Assembly (NCBI GenBank): GCA_043797085.1
Contig: JAZDQA010000005.1
Span: 96,001-160,000 of the forward strand
Direction: 5' to 3'
DNA length: 64,000 bases
DNA from: Pseudomonadota bacterium
Lineage (GTDB): Bacteria; Campylobacterota; Campylobacteria; Campylobacterales; Sulfurimonadaceae
Part shown: positions 30,815 to 40,151 of the stretch, piece after piece
Position numbering within the stretch: position 1 is the stretch's first letter
How the letters are laid out: each line of letters opens with the position of its first letter
The notes under the pieces: model-generated
What the model was told of the DNA's origin: nothing
The model's database searches: none
Seen by the model: the letters and a program-made list of their open reading frames with translations, nothing else
Position numbers and translations under genes: made by a program

Positions 30815-31934
30815 AAAAATTCTGATCACTGGAGGGGCTGGATTTATCGGCTCTAATCTTGCGCTTAAGCTTATCGAAAAAGGGTATACTATTACAGTCT
30901 TGGATAACCTATCGCCACAGATTCATACAGCGAGTTCTCCTCTGTATTTTTCTATCAAAGATAAGGTTACATTCATCGAAGGCGATGTTAGAAACAAAGC
31001 TGATTGGCTTTCGGCGTTGGAGGGGCAGGATGCTGTTGTCCATCTAGCTGCTGAAACCGGTACTGGACAGTCAATGTATGAGATCGAAAAGTATGTGGAT
31101 GTTAATATCAAAGGGACGGCGATTTTACTGGATATATTGACCAATAGCAATCATTCAATCAAAAAAATACTGATCGCTTCTTCGCGATCAATTTATGGAG
31201 AAGGGAAATACAATTGTCCTAATTGCGGTGTCGTTTATCCCCATGAGCGAAAAGATGCCGACATGAGGCTTGGTGATTTTCAGGTTAAATGTCCCCTATG
31301 CGGTACTAATGTCGATTTATTGTCTACCGATGAGGAGAGTAAAATCCATCCATCGTCGCTTTACGGAATTACGAAACAAAATCAGGAACAGATGGTGTTA
31401 ACGATAGGAAAGGCTCTTAGTATCCCCTCTGTGGTATTTCGATACCAAAACGTCTACGGGCCTGGGCAATCTCTCTCGAACCCCTATACGGGGATATTAT
31501 CTATTTTTTCTACACGAATTAATAACGGAAACGATATCGTGATCTTTGAAGACGGGCTAGAGAGCCGTGATTTTGTTTACATCGATGATGTAGTGGATGC
31601 TACGATTCTTGGACTTGAAAAAGAGGAAGCCGATTTTGAGGTATTTAATGTCGGTTCAGGAAAGCGGACCGATGTGCTAACCGTTGCACAAACACTTCAA
31701 AATGAGTATGATAGCGATGTAAACATTACTATTTCTGGCAATTACCGTATGGGTGATATTCGGGATAATTATGCGGATTTGACAAAAATTACGGAAACAT
31801 TAGGATTCATCCCTAAGATTGATTTTGAAACGGGTATCCAGAGATTTGCCCAATGGGTTAAAACGCAGGAGATTATGACCGATAATTATGAAACAAGCAT
31901 TCAAGAGATAAAAGACAAAGGGTTGTTCAAATAA
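30804..31934 (+). CDS. WbiB-like dTDP-6-deoxyhexose 4-epimerase (extended SDR) with a CxxC...CxxC insert
   Basis: DNLSPQIH, HLAAETGTGQS, SSRSIYGEG, YGITK and QNVYGPGQSLSNPYTGI are all shared with Burkholderia WbiB as recalled. CPNC and CPLC motifs lie in the insert. Confidence 0.8.
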   Translation: MAIKKILITGGAGFIGSNLALKLIEKGYTITVLDNLSPQIHTASSPLYFSIKDKVTFIEGDVRNKADWLSALEGQDAVVHLAAETGTGQSMYEIEKYVDVNIKGTAILLDILTNSNHSIKKILIASSRSIYGEGKYNCPNCGVVYPHERKDADMRLGDFQVKCPLCGTNVDLLSTDEESKIHPSSLYGITKQNQEQMVLTIGKALSIPSVVFRYQNVYGPGQSLSNPYTGILSIFSTRINNGNDIVIFEDGLESRDFVYIDDVVDATILGLEKEEADFEVFNVGSGKRTDVLTVAQTLQNEYDSDVNITISGNYRMGDIRDNYADLTKITETLGFIPKIDFETGIQRFAQWVKTQEIMTDNYETSIQEIKDKGLFK

Positions 31935-31989
31935 TGGGTATTAGAATTAAGCGATTTTTTTTGGCAAGCAATCTCAATAAAGGGTTGAT

Positions 31990-33270
31990 TTGAAAATAAA
32001 TTTTGTATCCTTATACGACAAAAGTGATAATTTCCCAACAGAAAAAGCCAAAATAAGTGATCTTTTTTTGGTATTTTTAACCATACTGGCAAGTGGGAGC
32101 TTGATTAGTATATCGATTCCTTTACAGGTTGTAGTAACTCTAGCGATAATAGTTTTGGTATTTATACGTTTGATGATCAATAAAAAAATAGCTACAGTAG
32201 TATTGCGAAATATTTTATTAATTATTATATTTGTTATTTTAATATTTTTTTTAAAAGTTCTTTTATCTAATACACAATCAATTTTTTCTTATGGCATATA
32301 TTTTACAAATGTATTCGCAGCGGTATTAGTATTGGCATATTTTAGTGATAAGCCTTTTATGCTGACTAAAAGTATTTATATTGTTTTATTTTTTATCATG
32401 TTGCATGCGCTTATTTCTTTATTGGCGTGGTATGTTGTCGGAGACAATCTCATATTTGTACCTGAAGTTAAAACGTACACTTTTTCCTACCTTTTTTATT
32501 ATGTCTACACTGATTCAGATTCGCTGAATGCAATGAGGACGATTGATATTTTCGGATTCCCTTTTTTCCGTGGTAGCGGTATTTTTTGGGAACCGGGTAT
32601 TTTACAGATTTATATGAACATTCTTTTTTTTATTTCTTTGTTTGTTTATCCTAACAAACGAATAGCGCAATTGACCTCTTTGGTTATTGTTACGACATGG
32701 TCGTCGACCGGATTAGTTATTTTAATCCTTCAAATTGCCTTTTATGTCATCATAAAAGTATCAAAAAAGAATCTTTTTAAAACGGTGGTGTTAATTGCTA
32801 TTTTTGCTGCACTTATCATTCCGATTAAGAAAAATCTGAGCGATAAATTTGAAGGGCAGGATGCTGGATCGGGATTTGCGCGGATCCTTGATACGATGAC
32901 CGCAATAAATATTATTAAAAACTATCCGTTATTGGGAATCGAAGTAGATACAAAGGTATATGAAAGGGCATTGTCTGATAATCGTGCCGTTGTTGAGATG
33001 AAAGGGACAAATAATCAAAGGGATGCACATAACACGAATTCAGTTTTAAATTATGCAGTATTTTTCGGGATTCCGTTGGCACTCCTTTTACTGTACAGTT
33101 TGTACGGGCAAACTATTTTTATGAAAAACAAAATACTTTTCTTTTTCATTGTCGTAATTGCAATCTCAACCGAGCCGATAGGTTTTTATATTTTCCCCTT
33201 AATACTCATTTTTTCAAAATACATACTTAAGTACAGGGCAGGAGGGAATTATGAATTTAGATCGGCGTAA
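31990..33270 (+). CDS. wzy: Wzy O-antigen polymerase-like membrane protein
   Basis: About 11 hydrophobic segments, R.SGIFWEPG, TTWSSTG and a periplasmic loop S..AR......YPLLG; TTG start; AT-rich. Confidence 0.75.
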   Translation: MKINFVSLYDKSDNFPTEKAKISDLFLVFLTILASGSLISISIPLQVVVTLAIIVLVFIRLMINKKIATVVLRNILLIIIFVILIFFLKVLLSNTQSIFSYGIYFTNVFAAVLVLAYFSDKPFMLTKSIYIVLFFIMLHALISLLAWYVVGDNLIFVPEVKTYTFSYLFYYVYTDSDSLNAMRTIDIFGFPFFRGSGIFWEPGILQIYMNILFFISLFVYPNKRIAQLTSLVIVTTWSSTGLVILILQIAFYVIIKVSKKNLFKTVVLIAIFAALIIPIKKNLSDKFEGQDAGSGFARILDTMTAINIIKNYPLLGIEVDTKVYERALSDNRAVVEMKGTNNQRDAHNTNSVLNYAVFFGIPLALLLLYSLYGQTIFMKNKILFFFIVVIAISTEPIGFYIFPLILIFSKYILKYRAGGNYEFRSA

Positions 33271-34255
33271 GAGTAAAATTCTTTATATAGGTTTAGATTA
33301 TTATCATTATCCGAAAATGATTACGGAAGGGATAGAAAAACTTGGCTATCAGGTTGATTATTATCCGATTGAACCAAGGACTCTTTTTTACAAAATGACA
33401 CGCTATTTATTTAAGTTAGCATATCGAAAGGCATTGGATAAATATCATGATATGATTATTACCAAAAGTAGAGCAATAAAATATGATAAAGTTTTTTTCA
33501 TTACGACCCATTTTTTCTCAATTGATAATTTAGATAAGCTGAAAGAGTCTCAACATAGGGCTGAATTCATTAGCTATCATTGGGATAGCTTGAGCAAAGA
33601 CTATCGTTATTTAGAGACAAGGGATTATTTTAACCGAATATATTCATTTGATAAGGCTGATTGCGACCGGCATGGTATCCTCTATCTTCCTCTCTTTGCC
33701 AGCGGTATATACAGCGGATTTTCAGAGCGCAAGGGTGAGCAGGATATGGATATCTATATGGTCGGCTCTATTGTACAGACGAAGCGATATCAGTTGGTGC
33801 AGGAGTTCAAAAATTTCTGCCATAAAAATGGTATCAGTTTTTATTTTCATCTGAAAGTGACACCTGTGACGTATCTGAAACTATTACTTAGCAGGGTGAT
33901 ACCTCGAGGGGTCTCGTTTCATACGATGGAGGGTAATCTTATGAAAGAGATTGTTGGGCGCTCCAGAGCAGTACTAGATGTTACCAATCATGAGCAAAGT
34001 GGCTTAACAATGCGTGTAATCGAAAATATTGCGATCGGAAAAAAGTTGGTTACGACAAATATCAATATTGAAAAAGAGCCATTTTATAACAAAAATCAGG
34101 TATTTTTATTGGGTAAAGATAATATGAATAGATTAAAAGACTTTATAATGTTAGATATTAAAATAGAAAAACACCCGGAGCTATTTTTGGATTTCTGGCT
34201 GAAAAAGATTTTCAATGACGTGGAGGGGAGAGATGAAAACAATGGAGTCAATTAA
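33251..34255 (+). CDS. Putative glycosyltransferase (GT-B/CgeB-like), paralog 1
   Basis: Soluble 334 aa protein in the glycan operon; motifs YHWDS, SFD..DC, YLPLF and QSGLTMRVIE...KKLVTTN. Confidence 0.6.
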   Translation: MNLDRRKSKILYIGLDYYHYPKMITEGIEKLGYQVDYYPIEPRTLFYKMTRYLFKLAYRKALDKYHDMIITKSRAIKYDKVFFITTHFFSIDNLDKLKESQHRAEFISYHWDSLSKDYRYLETRDYFNRIYSFDKADCDRHGILYLPLFASGIYSGFSERKGEQDMDIYMVGSIVQTKRYQLVQEFKNFCHKNGISFYFHLKVTPVTYLKLLLSRVIPRGVSFHTMEGNLMKEIVGRSRAVLDVTNHEQSGLTMRVIENIAIGKKLVTTNINIEKEPFYNKNQVFLLGKDNMNRLKDFIMLDIKIEKHPELFLDFWLKKIFNDVEGRDENNGVN

Positions 34256-35213
34256 AATGGATAGTAAACTAAAAGTTCTTTATATCGGGTTGAATTTTTA
34301 CCATTATCCGAAAGTGATTGCCGAAGGGTTGGAAAATCTTGGATTTCAGGTGGATTTTTTTCCGATAGAACCACCCACAGCATCGTATAAACTCGCACGT
34401 TATGTTAAAAAATTTCGTAAAATTTCACTTGACCGCTATCATGATGAAATTATAACTAAAAGCACATCTGTGAAATATGATAAAGTCTTTTTTATTACTA
34501 CCCATTTTTTTTCATTGGAAAACCTCAAACGTCTGAAAGAGACTCAGACTAAGGCTGAATTTATCAGTTATCATTGGGACAGTATTGTAAGCGGATTCGA
34601 TTATTTGAATACGGTTCCATTTTTTGATAGAGTTTTTACCTTTGATCGGGTTGATTGTGAGGAGCATAATTTTCGATATCTTCCACTCTTTGCAAGTGGG
34701 ATTTATAGCAGCATAAGGCAAAAAAAGCGTAATTATGATATTGATGTATACACGGTAGGATCTGTATACAAACTACAGCGCTATTTTTTAGTTCATGAAT
34801 TTAAGAATTTCTGTGTCAAAAACGACATTAGTATTTACGTTCATTTGCATCTAACATTAGTGACATATATAAAACTTTTGCTTAAAGGAATAATTCCAAA
34901 AAATGTTTCATTAAGTGCTATTGACAATAATATTATGGAAGATATTACGTTTCATTCCCGTGCTGTACTAGATGTTCCCAATCGTCCTCAAAGTGGTTTG
35001 ACGATGCGTATCATTGAAAATATCGCTATCGGGAAAAAAATAGTTACGACAAATCTAAATATAGAAAAAGAGCCGTTTTACGACAAAAATCAGGTTTTTT
35101 TATTGGGTAAAGATAATATGGACGGGTTAAAGGAGTTCTTAGAACTGGATATTGAAATTCAGGAACGTTCCGAACTGATGCTGGATTCCTGGCTGAAAAA
35201 GATTTTTTTATGA
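34233..35213 (+). CDS. Putative glycosyltransferase (GT-B/CgeB-like), paralog 2 (start uncertain: 34233, 34242 or 34257)
   Basis: Collinear with 33251-34255; shares KYDKVFFITTHFFS, AEFISYHWDS, QSGLTMR and NIEKEPFY.KNQVFLLGKDNM. Confidence 0.6.
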   Translation: MKTMESIKMDSKLKVLYIGLNFYHYPKVIAEGLENLGFQVDFFPIEPPTASYKLARYVKKFRKISLDRYHDEIITKSTSVKYDKVFFITTHFFSLENLKRLKETQTKAEFISYHWDSIVSGFDYLNTVPFFDRVFTFDRVDCEEHNFRYLPLFASGIYSSIRQKKRNYDIDVYTVGSVYKLQRYFLVHEFKNFCVKNDISIYVHLHLTLVTYIKLLLKGIIPKNVSLSAIDNNIMEDITFHSRAVLDVPNRPQSGLTMRIIENIAIGKKIVTTNLNIEKEPFYDKNQVFLLGKDNMDGLKEFLELDIEIQERSELMLDSWLKKIFL

Positions 35214-36163
35214 AACGGTGCCTCTTAATCACCCCTTTGAGTTTTTATACTTGGCATTCGACAATGGCAAAAGAGCTTATTGGCCGAGGATACAGTGTTG
35301 ATACGATGAATGATGAGTATCCCGAAGGGCTTCTGGGACTTTTACTGGGAAATTTTTTGAACGTCATTTCCCGAAAAATTACCCTTAGCAGATTTAGGGA
35401 ATATTTTGAGGATGATAGTCGGAGATATGATCTTATCATTATTTTCAAAGGGAGAGGTGTTTCAGCCGATTTGCTAAAATTGCTAAAACTGAATTCAAAC
35501 AGAGTCGTAGCGTATAATTTTGATTCGTTTAATTATTTTAGCAATCCACTGCAGTGGTATAAAGAAGTGTCTGTATACAAAACATTTGATTTTGTCGACG
35601 CAATAGAGCATCAGATAGAGAGGGTAGACCTTTTTTCGGATAGTTTGATCGAGGTACTTCCTGAGAAAACGGTGGATATTTCTTGCGTTATTAAAAATCA
35701 TTCGGACCGTTTGGTTTATTTGAATCAAATATACAGTGCGTTGCACAAAGATTTGAGTTTTAAGATTTTTATTTACGAAAAAAATCTTTTGACGCTTTTG
35801 AAAAACAGTTTAGTGCACCCGTTCTTGATCTACAAATGGCGCAAACATATTTATTTTAATGGGTTGAATCAAACTGATTATTTTAATCTTTTAGCCATCT
35901 CCAAATTTACGCTCGATTACGCCCATCCGAGTCAGTCTGGGATCACAATGCGTTGTTTTCAATCTGCCGCATGCGGTACGATAGTGATTACTAATAATGG
36001 ACACATACAAATGAGTGATAAGCTAAGCGAGGATAATTATTTCGTTTACAAGCTTGATGATGATCTCAAAAAGCTCGAAAAATTTATAAAAGACAAAATT
36101 GGAGCCAAACCAGTAGTAAACTATCGAGGGGTCAGTAATTTTATAGATGATTTGCTACAATAA
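35210..36163 (+). CDS. Putative glycosyltransferase, distant paralog 3
   Basis: YNFDS, TFD..DA and QSGITMRCFQ...VITNN correspond to the motifs of the two upstream genes. Confidence 0.55.
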   Translation: MKRCLLITPLSFYTWHSTMAKELIGRGYSVDTMNDEYPEGLLGLLLGNFLNVISRKITLSRFREYFEDDSRRYDLIIIFKGRGVSADLLKLLKLNSNRVVAYNFDSFNYFSNPLQWYKEVSVYKTFDFVDAIEHQIERVDLFSDSLIEVLPEKTVDISCVIKNHSDRLVYLNQIYSALHKDLSFKIFIYEKNLLTLLKNSLVHPFLIYKWRKHIYFNGLNQTDYFNLLAISKFTLDYAHPSQSGITMRCFQSAACGTIVITNNGHIQMSDKLSEDNYFVYKLDDDLKKLEKFIKDKIGAKPVVNYRGVSNFIDDLLQ

Positions 36164-36221
36164 AGAACATAATAAGGGAAAAAATGAAGATAATATTAAA
36201 TATAACAGAAGGGTTTCTAGT

Positions 36222-37238
36222 ATGAAAAAAATCGCATTAATTGGTATTGGAAAAATGGGAATGTCTCATTTGGCAATAGCAAATCAAACACCAGGAATTG
36301 AAGTTGTGGCAGTTGTTGATACATCTAAGACTTTATTGAGATTTGTAGAAAAGAATACAAGGTTCAAATGTTTTTCTGATTATAAAAAAATGATTGAGGA
36401 AATAGAACTTGATGGTGTTATGGTATTGGTACCAAATGCATTTCATTTTGATATTGCAAAATATTGTATTGAAAAAGGAATTAATGTATTTGTTGAAAAA
36501 CCATTTACACTGAGTTATGAAGATAGTCAAACTCTTGTAAATTTAGCTAAAGAAAAAAATGTCAAGGGTCAGGTTGGCTATGTGAATCGTTTTAATCCAG
36601 TTTTTGAAAAAGTTAAAAAATTACTAGAAAAAGATATTATCGGTGATGTTACAAATTATATAAATCGTATGACTGGTGGCGTTATTTTGAAAGAGAATAA
36701 AGGTTGGAGAAATGATTACACAAAAGGTGGTGGATGTTTATTTGATTATGGACCACATTGTTTTGACTTATCAACCTATTTTTTCGGAACAGATGTAAAA
36801 GTACAATCGTCTGTATTAAAAAAAGTTTTTTCATCTTCTGTAGATGATATTGTTTATTCAACTTTGTTGCATAATAATAAAATTCTTGGAATAAATTATA
36901 TAAATTGGTCTGATAGTTCTGTAAGAAAAGCAACTAATAGTATTGAAATAGTTGGGACTAAAGGAAAGATGACGGCAAGTAAGTATGAAATAAGTATTTT
37001 CTTAATTGAAGACAATAGTGAGCTAGGTTTTGAGAAAGGATGGAATCAAATTTATGTAACAGATGAAAGCACTAATGTAGCTTATTACTTAAGAGGTGAA
37101 GATTTTTCTCGTCAACTATCTGAATTTTCAAAATTACTTAACGGTGAAATTAATGAATCTAGATCTACATTGCATAGTGCAAGTATCACAGACAAACTAC
37201 TTGAAGAAACAAAAAAACTTGCAGGAGGGTTAGTATAA
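36222..37238 (+). CDS. Gfo/Idh/MocA family oxidoreductase
   Basis: Motifs IGIGKMG, VFVEKP, VGYVNRFNP and GGGCLFDYGPHCFD; very AT-rich. Confidence 0.92.
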   Translation: MKKIALIGIGKMGMSHLAIANQTPGIEVVAVVDTSKTLLRFVEKNTRFKCFSDYKKMIEEIELDGVMVLVPNAFHFDIAKYCIEKGINVFVEKPFTLSYEDSQTLVNLAKEKNVKGQVGYVNRFNPVFEKVKKLLEKDIIGDVTNYINRMTGGVILKENKGWRNDYTKGGGCLFDYGPHCFDLSTYFFGTDVKVQSSVLKKVFSSSVDDIVYSTLLHNNKILGINYINWSDSSVRKATNSIEIVGTKGKMTASKYEISIFLIEDNSELGFEKGWNQIYVTDESTNVAYYLRGEDFSRQLSEFSKLLNGEINESRSTLHSASITDKLLEETKKLAGGLV

Positions 37239-38098
37239 TGGATAAAATTATTTTTGGAGACAATCAATTTTTTGGTGTAAATCACATGTCTGAACAAACA
37301 GCAATAAAGCAGTCACAAAAATTTAAAACACCAGAAGATATTTATAATACTTTAAAATATGTAAATGAAATTGGTATTAAAAGTTTTATGTTCACGACGC
37401 ATAGTCAATTAGAGCCAGTATTAAAATTGATAAAAGAAAATTCTAATTTTAATGATTTTAAATTATATCCATGCATGCCATATGCTCATAAGTATGCTGA
37501 AGCAATGGTAGAACTAGGTATATTTGAAACAATTAGTAAGTTTACACCAGGGAATAAATTAGTCGCAGGTTTGAAAGGAATAAGTTCTGCTGTAACATCA
37601 AATCCAGTTCCTATGATGGAATTGCTTGTTGATTCAGAAATGAAATTATTAGAAGGAATGAATGTAAAAGGAATTTTTTTATTAAATATTGTAACTGATC
37701 TTTTATTGGGGTTAGAGATGTATGATATGTTATTGGAATTTTCAAAATATACAGAAAAAAAATATAATGTAAAAGCTGGATTTTTCACTATGAATCATGT
37801 TAAATTACATGATGTATTGGTTAATAAATTGGGATTAGAAAATCCAATTATAATTAGCGATATTAATAAAATAGGTTTTAGAATGAACCCATCTCAAGAA
37901 GAGGTTGAAGAGATATTGGTTAAACATGATAGCTATAATATCGCAATGTCAATCTTAGCTTCAGGTGCAATCAATCCAAAAGAAGCTGTAAAGTATATTG
38001 GTGAATTACCTGGGGTAGATTCAGTAGTATTTGGAGCGTCATCCCCAGCTAATATTCAAGAAACGAAAAGATTATTAGAAGAAATATTTATAAAATAA
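37238..38098 (+). CDS. Hypothetical protein (GDNQFFGVNHMS N-terminus), possibly a TIM-barrel/aldo-keto-reductase-like fold
   Basis: 286 aa ORF coupled to the oxidoreductase by TAATG. The C-terminal AMSILASGAI.P.EA..Y...SVVFGASS..NI resembles an AKR-type barrel end. Function unknown. Confidence 0.6.
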   Translation: MDKIIFGDNQFFGVNHMSEQTAIKQSQKFKTPEDIYNTLKYVNEIGIKSFMFTTHSQLEPVLKLIKENSNFNDFKLYPCMPYAHKYAEAMVELGIFETISKFTPGNKLVAGLKGISSAVTSNPVPMMELLVDSEMKLLEGMNVKGIFLLNIVTDLLLGLEMYDMLLEFSKYTEKKYNVKAGFFTMNHVKLHDVLVNKLGLENPIIISDINKIGFRMNPSQEEVEEILVKHDSYNIAMSILASGAINPKEAVKYIGELPGVDSVVFGASSPANIQETKRLLEEIFIK

Positions 38099-38141
38099 AC
38101 AGCCGTATAACCATATAACCAAACCAATGGGGTCAGGTATG

Positions 38142-38480
38142 AATGGCACTTACTTAAGCTTTTTAGGGTGCCCATTCTTTCGGATTTCTTCCCTAGCCAC
38201 ATCTCTTAATTTCATCAATAGCGGGTAATCATTTCGCCTTCTTTTGATAGCGCGAGGTTCCACCCGTCCAGCTCGATTTCCAATATGTTTTTCACTAATG
38301 CGTCTTAAAAGTTTTTTTTGTGGTGATATTGTTATTGTTGCTAAATGCAAAAATCAACTGTAGTGTATGTTTAAAACTGATTTCTCTAGGAAGTAGTGTA
38401 CATTGGAGTGCAGAAGCTAGCATTATTGAGCGTATTAAATTATACGCTAAAAAATAAATCCTTAACTCTTTGATTGCCAT
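38142..38480 (-). mobile_element. IS4-family element remnant: frameshifted transposase C-terminus plus terminal IR
   Basis: KEL..YFLAYNLIR...PREISFKHTLQ continues in another frame as GNRAGRVEPRAIKRR...REEIRKNGHPKKLK*. The shift is at the T8 run near 38312-38319. End sequence CTTAAGTAAGTGCCATT lies at 38158-38142. Confidence 0.85.
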
Positions 38481-38489
38481 CTGTGGTGT

Positions 38490-38751
38490 TTTACAGCTGA
38501 TAATAATGTTTAGCTACAATTTTAGAAGAGTTATAAACCTAATAGGAACAGCACTCTTTAGAAAGTTGCTAATTGCTCTACGAAACGGCAATATTAATAC
38601 TATTAAAGAGGAAATTGCAGCGTATATCAGCAGGTATTTAGATATTTCGGGCTACTTTTTTCAAATATTGATTATCTTTGGTTTTATGAAGAAAAATGCC
38701 AAGTATATTCTACGATAAGACTGAAAAAGAGTTTAGTTCTTTCACAGTCTC
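38490..38751 (+). mobile_element. IS1182-family element remnant: transposase C-terminus plus terminal IR
   Basis: LIIMFSYNFRRVINLIG..LFRKLLIAL resembles IS1182 transposase ends; ends in TTCTTTCACAGTCTC (38737-38751). Confidence 0.65.
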
Positions 38752-38779
38752 CAGGGGTTAGGAATTGCTGCTGTTGATT

Positions 38780-39865
38780 TTATTTCTGGCTTAGTATTGA
38801 TCTTTTTTTATTTCGCTTTTTACGATGGTAGGTGAAAGGTTTAGTCTGGCGTTCCAGCATCCCATTTAAAAGGATATAGCTGATCACGAGGAGGAGGATA
38901 AACATCAGGAGAATGTAACGTTGTTTAATACCATTTTCGATAAAAGTGAGTCCCATAAAAGAATAAAACAATTGACCCAATGTCAGTAAAATGACGGTCA
39001 TTCTAACATTGCCTTTGAAAAACTGCAGCACGAGATGGTGTAAATGAGTTTTATCGGGTGAGAACATCGAACGCCCGTTTCGTTTTCGGCGGATCATAAC
39101 GATTAGGGTATCAATAATCGGCAAAGCAGCAATAAACAGTATGGTAATAGGCTCTACATAATCAAGTGCACGGATAGAAACTATGGAGATAATAACACCA
39201 AGGGTGAGTGATCCGCTATCTCCCATAAAAATCTTTGCAGGATTCCAATTGAACCACAAAAAAGCAACTAATGCTGAGATAAAAGAAAGCGATAAAGAGA
39301 CCATAAAGCTATCGTTGTGCTCATACCCGATAAAACATAAGGCAGATAAAATAATGATACTTAGAGAGGTTGCTAAACCATCCAGACCGTCTGAAAGATT
39401 AAGAGCGTTAGTAAAGCCGGCAATAGCAATCAGAGTAAAAGGAAAAGCAAACCACCCAAGCGGTATTGAATATCCGAAAACATGACCTAGATGTTTGATA
39501 TAAGTACCATCAACGTAAAAAAAAACTACTGCGATAAAAATAACTAAAAATTTTGCATTAGGAGAAGTGTCACGGTGATCATCAAGAATACCAACCGCAA
39601 AAATAATAAATATACCAATCAATACCCATGGATGTGATAAATGAGCTGTATTTAAAAAGAGTAAATCTGAGCATATAACCGCAAATACAATACCAATACC
39701 CGCGCCGCGTGGAGTGATTTTTTTATGATGACTACGGTGATTCGGAATATCAATAAGACCAAGTGATGGTGCATAATGGATTATTAGTTTAATAAAAATA
39801 AAACTGAGAATAAAAACAGTAAAAAGTTTGGCACCAAAAAATAACAATAAAATGACTCTTTTCAT
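38780..39865 (-). CDS. wecA: Undecaprenyl-phosphate HexNAc-1-phosphate transferase (WecA/MraY family)
   Basis: Motifs DIPNHRSHH..TPRGAG, GILDD, NALNLSDGLDGL, NWNPAKIFMGDSGS and SPDKTHLHH; polytopic membrane protein. Confidence 0.92.
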   Translation of the reverse strand: MKRVILLLFFGAKLFTVFILSFIFIKLIIHYAPSLGLIDIPNHRSHHKKITPRGAGIGIVFAVICSDLLFLNTAHLSHPWVLIGIFIIFAVGILDDHRDTSPNAKFLVIFIAVVFFYVDGTYIKHLGHVFGYSIPLGWFAFPFTLIAIAGFTNALNLSDGLDGLATSLSIIILSALCFIGYEHNDSFMVSLSLSFISALVAFLWFNWNPAKIFMGDSGSLTLGVIISIVSIRALDYVEPITILFIAALPIIDTLIVMIRRKRNGRSMFSPDKTHLHHLVLQFFKGNVRMTVILLTLGQLFYSFMGLTFIENGIKQRYILLMFILLLVISYILLNGMLERQTKPFTYHRKKRNKKRSILSQK

Positions 39866-39950
39866 GATAAATTGTCTAATAAGTATTGCATAAATTTACT
39901 TAGAAAATTATTTATAAATAGTAGATAGCATACTCCATTGTGCTAAGAAA

Positions 39951-39998
39951 TTGACAAAATAGTGGTCAAAAAGTATACTATTGCTAAAAGAGGGTCAA
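39951..39998. promoter_or_regulatory. Overlapping bidirectional sigma70-type promoter candidates between wecA and the sugar transferase
   Basis: + strand: TTGACA(39951)-17-TATACT(39974). - strand: TTGACC(39998-39993)-15-TATACT(39977-39972). Both use the palindromic AGTATACT. Confidence 0.55.
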
Positions 39999-40151
39999 GA
40001 GTTTTTTTAGAAAAGAATGAACAAGTAAAAGCGACTGAGGGATTATTAAAATAATGAGAGCAGTAGGAATCTAATAAATATTATGTTAAAATCAAATAGA
40101 ATTTAAAAGTATGTAAAACAGCATAAATAGTAGTGTAAAGGAGTATAAAAA

